Assembly: GCF_009914755.1 (NCBI RefSeq)
Contig: NC_060942.1
Strand: one strand, 5' to 3'
Length of the DNA: 64,000 nt
DNA from: the human T2T-CHM13v2.0 reference genome, Homo sapiens
The notes below the pieces were generated by a model. The model was given only the letters and a program-made list of their open reading frames with translations. It ran no database searches and was not told the origin of the DNA. The translations under genes and the position numbers were made by a program. Positions 40,500 through 52,050 of this stretch are shown here, in pieces. The first letter of the stretch is position 1, and every line of letters begins with the position of its first letter.

Positions 40500-41350
40500 T
40501 AAAAATACCTTTGTTATGAAATATAACACAAACAGGAAAGTGGATGAAACAAGAATGTACAGCTGAACACGTTTTCATAAAGCAGAGACCCAGGTAACCA
40601 GCAAGGTCAAGAACAAGAACACTGTCAGCCCTGCTGAAGCCCAGTGTTCTCTTGCCCAGTCACAATCCCCTCAATTTCCCTAGTCAGTTTGTTATTTACT
40701 TCCTTTTCCTTTCGTTTCAGTTTGACCACCTAAATTGTGTTCCTAAAAAACATGTTCTTGAACTTGATATAAATGGAATCATCTGGTAAGTATTCTATTG
40801 TGTCTGGCTTCTTTCACCCAACATGCTTTTAAAAAGGTTCACTCATGGCCAGGCATGGTGGCTCACGCCTGTAATCCCAGCACTTTGGGAGGCTGAGGCA
40901 GGTGGACTATGAGGTCAGGAGATTGAGACCATCCTGGCTAACATGGTGAAACCCCATCTCTACTAAAAATACAAAAAATTAGCCGGGCATGGTGGCGCAT
41001 GCCTGTAATCCCAGCTACTTGGGAGGCTGAGGCAGGAAAATCGCTTGAACCCAGGAGCGGAGCTTGCAGTGAGCTGAGATCATGCCACTGCACTTCAGCC
41101 TGGGTGACAGAACGAGACTCCGTTTTTTAAAAAAAAAAAAAAAGAAAGAAAAAAAAGATTCACTTATATTGCTTACCACTTTAATTTAAACTTCTTCATT
41201 TTTGTTGCCATATTAGCATTTCAAGGTAGAACTATGCTCCTGTTTCTTGATTCATCCTACTGTTGATGTGCAATTGGGTGACTCCCAAGTTTTGGCATGG
41301 CAAACTGCTGCTGCTATCAATATCCTTGTCTGCGTCTCCTGGGCCCATGT
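40500..41350 (-). mobile_element. Old L1ME-like 3' fragment interrupted by a sense Alu (40847-41157)
   Basis: ataaatggaatcat...tgtgtctggcttctttcacccaacat. Confidence 0.65.
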
Positions 41351-41648
41351 ACTCACGTGAGCTGATGTTTTAGCTTCTGTCAGCTAACCTAACTTTGTGG
41401 TAATGAGATTTATATCTATACACATCCACGACTGTAAAAGAAAAAACTGATACAGACACTGGAGTTTGGGGATCTGAAGTTGTGGATCTTGTTGTCATGA
41501 ATTAGTTCCTATTAGTGACAAATTCATATTTCAGAGGACTAAAAACCCAGCAGTTTTCATACATATCAGAATAAACCTGCTGTTAGTCTAAATGCTTTAA
41601 CAATTCTTTTAAATGGAAAGAAAAAGTCTGAAAAGTCTTTTTATTTTA

Positions 41649-41940
41649 GGCCAGATGCAGTGAATCCACCTGTAATCCCAGCACTTTGGGAGGTGGAGGC
41701 AGGTGGATCACTTGAGGTCAGGAGTTCAAGACCAACCTGACCAACATGCTGAAACCCTGTCTCTACTAAAAATACAAAAAATTAGCCGGCGTGGTGGCGG
41801 GCGCCTGTAGTGCCAGCTATTCAGCAGGCTGAGGCAGGAGACTCGCTTGAACTCAGGAGGCAGAGCTTGCAGTGAGGCGAGATGGTGCCACTGCACCCCA
41901 GCCTGGGCGACAGCGAAACTGTCTCAAAAAATAAATAAAT
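41649..41940 (+). mobile_element. AluS
   Basis: Alu dimer; agtctttttattt duplicated at the flanks. Confidence 0.9.
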
Positions 41941-42789
41941 AGTCTTTTTATTTCAAAATGATAGCATCTAAATGTGAAGGTTTCTGCTTTGTGACTAATA
42001 AAAACATTTGTCAATATTCCAAATTAGACAGTTTTGCTTTGAGTCAGAATTAGAAATTTCTTTGCACCAGAAGAGATTTTAGAGACACTATGTAGTTCAA
42101 TCCCTTATTATATAAATAGTAAGAAAAAGCTCTTTAAGGTCAAATGTCTTCTCCAGGCCATACTTAGCTAGGGAGTTTAGAACCAGGACTTCTGACTTCT
42201 AACCTCGAATGTTATAAAACTTCCTAAAAATATTACATGGCACTACCTTTCAAACTATGGCATGTGTAGGAGACTAAGAATGTTATTATGCCATTGCCAC
42301 TGTCACTGTATCTGATTTATTAATTAATGCACCCACCTGAGCATGAGCCTGGCTGCTTGATTTTTCTGCCATCTCAATTTTACAACAGAGATATGGGTAA
42401 GATCGCAGATATTATGAGGTGAAGAGGCAGTGGTCATATTTTGCAAAATTTTGGTACACATGGCAACAGATGGCTGTAAATTGCTAAATTCTTGAAAGTC
42501 ACAGCTTGAAAGTTACCGTGACCATCTAGTGCTGACTATGGAATAGTAGTAAGGTGCTGGGGACAGGGACTTCTGTGAAGCTCTGGCTCTGATTCTCAAA
42601 TGCCAGCTTGAGATCTGAAACTGACCTGGGATGGCATTTTTCTTGATCTTGGTAATAGAAGAGAAAAAAAGGACATATTAAGAAGTTTTTCATAAAGTTA
42701 ACTTTGTTCAATTTGAAGGACCACTTTTTCTATGCTGAGATCTGTCCTTCCTACTTTTTGTATGTATTAAAATATCCTTTTAAAAATAG

Positions 42790-43458
<669 letters not shown>

Positions 43459-43959
43459 TGAGAAGGTGATTTGCCAGCCATGCTCCCACTTCTTCATTCC
43501 CTGGCCACAGACTAAACCTTGCTGTGGGTGATGCTCACTTTCAGTTGTGTATTGGCTCTGCAGCAATGAAGGAGGAAAGACCCCATCTTTTGGGGCCCTC
43601 AAGTTTACCGGTAACAAAAGGATAAATTTTTGTTGTTTTGAGCCACCCACTTCATGGTGGTTTATTACAGCAGCCCCAGGAAACTAATAAGCTTAGGAGT
43701 CTAGACCACTAGATGTGGCAGGGAGTAGAGGGAAAAAGGGCAAGATTTCTAGGGACTGATGGAGTCTCCTAAAACCTCTCTACAATGGGGCGGAAAAAAG
43801 AAAAGAATATCCATGCTGCTTCTTCACGGTATAATTAATGAATGTAAGTATGGAGGAATCATTATCTGGAGAATACTTTTCTCTTTTTAGTCACGGAAGA
43901 ATCAGAATAAATGTTTTGGGATGGCGTAGGAAAATAGATTTTTGTTAGATAGGAATCTT

Positions 43960-44259
<300 letters not shown>

Positions 44260-44636
44260 CTAGATAAGAATCTTGATGCAAACAGGTATTAGGTGCTTGT
44301 GTGAGGTTAGAATCCAAAATATGTTTCTAAAAAGCTAGGTATAAATTAATTTTTAAAATTAATATATTTTAAATGTATTCATATTATAAGAGTACTTAAA
44401 ACAATTGTATGATGATTTCATTCATAAGGGAAAGAATAAATGAGACTTTGAGAAGAAATATTTATACTCTAATATGTAATTTGTATATATAGATTTTCAT
44501 GTTTCCTGTTTGCCCCAAACAAAAATTATCTGTACAACGGAAGAGAATAGGTTGATTTTAATTGAAGATTTTTTATTAAATGCCAATGCCTATAAATAGG
44601 CTTCATTAGATCAGGTATTTTTGTCTATACTGTTTA

Positions 44637-44978
<342 letters not shown>

Positions 44979-46681
44979 GTTCAATAAGTACTTGTTGAAT
45001 GAATGTCCCAGGTAATTTACATTATTAGGGTATTGGGGTGGGTTTACGCCGCCTGTATTTCTGTTCTAAAACTTAATTGTTGCCACGTATGGAACATCTG
45101 TTTACTTTGGTGAGGCAGGATGTGAGAAATAAGAACAAGACAAAGAATTATGGGATTAAAAAGGGTGCACTAAAATCTGAAAAGCTATCAAGCCGTATCT
45201 ATAAAACAGATTACCTAAAATGATAGTAGCAATCCAAGCTCTTGATTGAATTCAGATTGTAAATTTTATGAGGGAGGGGTAAGACTTCAGAGAGACCATA
45301 AGGTCTCATCCTGCCAGTGAACAGGGAACATATTAATTCAGTTTGGCCACCTGGGGCCCATTTAGTGCACTAGAGCAGTAATTTGCTAAATGGGTCCCTC
45401 ATAGTAAAAAAGAATGAGTAAACAGTGAACAATTTAGGCATGGTAAACCACTAGTAGCTCAAGGGATATAAAAATGTGAAACTATAATTAGATCCCTTGT
45501 TCATAATGTAGGAACTAAATGTATTACATTGTATATTGCATCTTTCTGAGTTTATTTCTGGACACAGCTGAGCCCTTAACAACTCAGACTGAAATCATCC
45601 CAGCTATCAATTTATGCCTCTATTAAAATTCCAACTGCTTATATTAGAAAAGAAACCTCCAAAGATGACTTCTTTTATCTTAGTTCTAAGGATTCAAACA
45701 GAATTAACCTAGATGCAGATCATAGCAAGTCAGTTATAAATCACACAGCATAAAGTAAACTGTGGCAATAAATTGAAAATTGTGTTCTCCTTTTCTAAAC
45801 TTAGATGTGAAAATATTTTAACAAGTTGGCATCAGGATTCACAACTTTTGCATCTGATGTTTCTTTTCAGGATTATCTTTTAGCATTTCAAAATGGGATT
45901 CTTTGGAAAGTGTGGTTAGTCAGAAATGTGGTATTAGAACGTACATTTGGAACACTTTAAAGGGGGGCATTCATGATGTATGTGGTTTTAGGATACTGGT
46001 GTATTCCCCACTCCACTTTCAAGTAGGAGAAGCTGCCATTTCATGGGTGTCTGGAACACATTTGTCTTTTATTGAAATCTTTTTCTTATTTGGAGAAATT
46101 GTATAGAGTGCATTGGCACAGATGGTCTGGGTGATGTTTCCCGATACTAGCAAGCTCTAAGTACAAGTTTCATTGCCCTTTATCAATTTGTTCTTTCAAC
46201 TACAAGGATCCAGTTGATCTGGCGGTAAGGGATTGTTTATTCTTCAGGAGCTCTCATTTTCTTTCTGTTTCTTCTCTTACCCCAAGCTTAGTAACATCAC
46301 TGGGGGCTTGGGTCAGAACAAGGGAAGGATTACACAGTGGACCCCGGCCCTTTTGCTCTCCCCTTAGCTCTGATTTACATTATTCTGCATACAATGGAAT
46401 ATGTCATCTTCAGATGATGGACTCTATGCATGAAATCCAGGAAAATTGTATTTTAGGTCCCCACCCCTCCAAACACTGTTTTTATGAGGTAGGAATGTAT
46501 TTCCTTCTTCGTTATGCTGAGGTACTGTAACAATATTCATCCTGTTCATTTCCTGCCTCCTCCCGACACCACTTAGTATTAGGTATCCCAGTACCAAGCC
46601 CCTATCTGCCAGGAGTGTATGATGGCTCTCCAGTCCCCATTTCCCCATTATTTGGATACTAAATCCTCTGAGCAATGTCTT

Positions 46682-47832
<1,151 letters not shown>

Positions 47833-48716
47833 CTAAGGAATATAAAGAGGTATACAAATTCCATGTTTTAGTACTGAAATTTAACATGTGCCTTGTTTTT
47901 TAAATTTTATTAAAGGATGCCTAAATTAAAGGACTATTCTTTCAATTTCTAGAACAAATAGTTTGTGTCGGGGCTACTGAAGGCACAACACAGATCAGTG
48001 TAGTTGAAATTTATCTCAATATAATTACCTCTTTGGTTCTTCCCTTTCTTTCAGAGACTGATCCTTCAACAAATGCACATTTTCACTGACTCCAAAAAAT
48101 TTCATTCAAACTTTGGTCTGTATTGCCTGACTTCTTAGACTAGGTTAGTTCCTCTTGTTTTATGTCTATTTCTGTGGCACCTTGTATTTTCCCCTTCTGT
48201 ACTTCTGCTGCATTTTTTGAATGTTATTCTTTCTAACCTGTAAACTCTATGAAGGCAGGGACAGTGTGTGATTTATTCAACTGCTATAACACGGTGACTG
48301 GTACATAATAAATGTTTGTAATTATCTGTTAAATTAATTGACTTGAAAATGTTATCACTCTTGGGAGAACTTGCAATCTCCCTAATTTTTCATATGTTGC
48401 TGTTGATTGAATTTAAATAAAATACATATTATTAATAGATTCATGAGGCTAAGGGGTGAAACTTTAAATGAAAATACAGAAAATCATCAGGAATGTAAAA
48501 AATCATTGAGAAATATTTATTTTTATCTCCACAGCTTCTTCATTCTTGTTCAATGAAACTGTGATAACCTAAGCGGTAAGTTCCAGTTGGTCTCTCTCTC
48601 CAACCCCCTTCACTCTTCATCTGCAAGTTTAGTCACTTTATTGAGGTTAAAACAGGTCATAGATAGTATGTGGTTTAAAACTGTTTAAAAGTTTCACATG
48701 TGAAAATCCGGATTTA

Positions 48717-49045
48717 GGGCCTGGCGCGGTGGCTCACGACTGTAATCTCGGCACTTTGGGAGGCTGAGGCGGGCAGATCGCTTGAGACCTGCCGGGGCAG
48801 CATGAAGGGACTTCCCACCCCCACTAAAACAATACAAAAAATGAGCCGGGCTTGGTGGCAAGCCCTGTAGTCCCAGCTACTCGGAGGATGAGGTGGGAAA
48901 ATCACCTGGGCCCGAGAGGCGGAGGTTGCAGTGAGCCCAGATCGCGCTACCGCACTCCAGCCTGGACGACAGACCCACTCTGTGGCCAAAAAAAAAAAAA
49001 AAAAAAAGAAAAAAAGAAAAAAGAAAGAAAAAAAGAAAAGAAAAA
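48717..49045 (+). mobile_element. Diverged Alu (AluJ-like) with retained CpGs
   Basis: Alu dimer with many substitutions and a long A-rich tail. Confidence 0.82.
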
Positions 49046-49834
49046 TCCCGAATTACAAAGCAATTGGGGGAATGGTAATTCAATTAAAAAGGTGTACAAC
49101 ATTCTTTTAAATAGTAAACTGCCCAATGATTACAACATTGATTCAACTGACGAAAAATACAACTTTTCAGACCACGACTAAACATTGTGGCAGTAGAAAC
49201 TATTTTTTTTTTCCCTGAATGATGAAAGAAAAAAACCAGAGAAGACGTTAAGACAGAACACGTGGAAAAAGCCCATCTCATACTCCATTCTAATGTTTCT
49301 TCTACTTACCAGTGCTTTCTGTGTCATTAAACTACTTCAGACTTCAAGAGCAATGGGAAACAATGAAACCTCAGTCCTTTGCTATTTTCCTTTTCAGGTA
49401 CAGGAGAGGGAGAGGACAGACTTAGGGTTGTGCCTTCGAACAAGCACATTCAACGACAGCCTCAGTTAGAATTCCCAGACGCTGCCTGTCTTCCTGGGTC
49501 TTGAAAAAGTGGGGAAAAAGTGAGGTTGGCCCACTCAGACTGCCAGTGATGCTGTGGTGTGACGGGTGTGTATCTCTATCTCATACAATGGGCGCAGGTG
49601 AGGACCAGGACCTGCGACCTTCGTACGTTTACAGTCCCTGAAAGCCCTCACCTTTAATTAGTAGGGAAAATAAAAGTCATCTGGCAAGCTGGAGTGCGGG
49701 TAAAATACAAGTTAATGAACATGAGCATTCGTGTTCATTAAGAACTCTGGCACAGAGTTCAACGGCAGAGGGCACAATACTCACTGGCCACGGCCAGCTG
49801 CTGGCGGCCAGGAGAAGCAGAACCAAAGGACCGC

Positions 49835-49900
49835 TGGGACTTGTAGTCCACCATGTTTCCCTCGGGATTGCCGATCCCCTTACGAGAACCACAACTCCCA
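49835..49900. promoter_or_regulatory. Pair of divergent ACTACAnnTCCCA-type (ZNF143/THAP11-HCF1) motifs
   Basis: TGGGACTTGTAGT at 49835-49847 (ACTACAAGTCCCA on the - strand) and ACCACAACTCCCA at 49888-49900 on the + strand. Confidence 0.6.
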
Positions 49901-50474
49901 AGGTTTACCGCGCGCGTCGGTCTTCACTGCCCTCTCCGAGGCCGGCTCAGGAACCTCCCGGGAAACTGCCCCCCACCCCGCCCTCGTACGCACGCGTCAC
50001 GTTTGTTTACCCTGAAGCTCCGCCTCCGGCCATCCCCTGGCTCTCCCCACTCCTCCCTGGAATGCCGTCATGCCGGCGATGAATATTTATGAGGCACACG
50101 CGGCCCTCCCGCCCTGCCAGCCTCCCGCCTTCCCGCTCCCGGCGCATGATTAATATTCAATGAGCCCAGATCCGCGGCTGGTTCGCCGGGTTGAGGCGGG
50201 GGTAGCGGGCGGGGCCGGCGCTGGGGAGCCCGCGACCCGGGCGGGGAGGGCGTGTGTCGGGGGGGCGGTGGCGGCGAGGCGGGCGCGCGGGATGGAACAC
50301 TGAGACACCGACGGAATGCTCCGAATCGCCACATAATCCCCTGGAACGGCCGCGCACAACGCCATTGGCTTCTCCCTTCTCCGCGCGCCGCCGCCGTCTC
50401 CCACCTCCGCCTCATCGCCTCCCTCTCCGCCCGCTGCCTCCGGAGCTGGGGGGGAAACGCGAAGCCCCACTGCA

Positions 50475-52050
50475 ATGGAGCCCGCCGCCGCGGCCACGGT
50501 ACAGCGACTCCCCGAGCTCGGCAGGGAGGACCGAGCTTCGGCTCCGGCGGCCGCCGCTGCGGCAGCAGCAGCAGCAGCGGCGGCCGCGGCGGCTCTGGCG
50601 GCGGCGGCCGGGGGCGGCCGGAGTCCGGAGCCCGCGCTGACCCCGGCGGCCCCGAGCGGCGGGAACGGCAGCGGCAGCGGGGCGCGGGAAGAGGCCCCAG
50701 GCGAGGCGCCGCCGGGGCCGCTGCCGGGCAGAGCGGGGGGTGCCGGGCGCAGGAGGCGGCGCGGGGCGCCCCAGCCCATTGCCGGCGGGGCTGCCCCCGT
50801 ACCCGGGGCCGGCGGCGGCGCCAACTCCCTCCTGCTGAGGAGAGGGCGGCTGAAGAGGAATCTGTCCGCGGCCGCCGCGGCCGCCTCCTCGTCGTCGTCG
50901 TCCTCGGCCGCTGCTGCCTCGCACTCCCCCGGCGCTGCCGGCCTCCCCGCCTCCTGCTCGGCCTCGGCGTCGCTGTGCACCCGGAGCCTGGACAGGAAGA
51001 CGCTGCTTCTGAAGCACCGGCAGACGCTGCAGCTGCAGCCGTCGGACCGGGACTGGGTGAGGCACCAGCTCCAGCGCGGCTGCGTGCACGTCTTCGACCG
51101 CCACATGGCCTCGACCTACCTGCGCCCGGTGCTCTGCACACTGGACACCACGGCCGGCGAGGTGGCCGCCCGCCTGCTGCAGCTGGGCCACAAAGGCGGC
51201 GGCGTGGTGAAGGTGCTGGGCCAGGGGCCCGGAGCCGCCGCCGCCCGGGAGCCCGCTGAACCGCCCCCCGAGGCCGGCCCCCGGCTGGCGCCCCCGGAGC
51301 CGCGGGACTCGGAGGTACCGCCCGCGAGGAGCGCGCCGGGTGCCTTCGGGGGGCCTCCGCGCGCGCCCCCCGCCGACCTACCCCTGCCCGTCGGCGGCCC
51401 GGGCGGGTGGTCGCGCCGCGCCAGCCCAGCGCCCTCGGACTCCAGCCCCGGCGAGCCGTTCGTTGGGGGCCCTGTCTCTTCGCCCCGCGCCCCACGGCCT
51501 GTGGTCTCCGACACCGAGAGCTTCAGTCTGAGTCCCAGCGCCGAGAGCGTGTCTGACCGGTTGGACCCCTACAGCAGCGGCGGCGGCTCCTCGTCGTCGT
51601 CGGAAGAGCTCGAGGCCGACGCAGCCTCGGCCCCGACGGGGGTCCCGGGCCAGCCCCGCCGTCCCGGCCACCCCGCGCAGCCCCTCCCGCTTCCCCAGAC
51701 GGCTTCCTCGCCTCAGCCGCAGCAGAAAGCCCCGAGGGCCATTGACAGCCCGGGCGGGGCCGTCCGCGAGGGGTCGTGCGAGGAGAAGGCAGCGGCAGCC
51801 GTGGCCCCGGGAGGCCTCCAGTCTACCCCCGGGAGGAGCGGGGTGACCGCGGAGAAGGCGCCTCCGCCGCCCCCGCCGCCCACCCTGTACGTGCAGCTCC
51901 ACGGAGAGACCACCCGGCGCTTGGAGGCGGAGGAGAAGCCATTGCAGATCCAAAATGACTACCTCTTCCAACTGGGATTTGGGGAGCTGTGGAGGGTGCA
52001 GGAGGAAGGCATGGACTCGGAGATTGGCTGCCTCATCCGCTTCTATGCAG
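50475..52050 (+). CDS. PHLPP1: PHLPP1 (PH domain leucine-rich repeat protein phosphatase 1/SCOP) coding exon 1: N-terminal extension with polyAla/Ser tracts, basic NLS-like clusters and RA domain; the CDS continues beyond the window
   Basis: ORF MEPAAAATVQRLPELGREDRASAP...EEGMDSEIGCLIRFYAG matches the human PHLPP1 N-terminus as I recall it. ATG context gcaATGG; canonical donor GCAG|GTAAGG at 52050/52051; 1576 nt, phase 1. Confidence 0.97.
50547..50594 (+). repeat. (GCN)16 polyalanine-coding tract
   Basis: gcg gcc gcc gct gcg gca gca gca gca gca gcg gcg gcc gcg gcg gct, in frame in PHLPP1. Confidence 0.92.
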
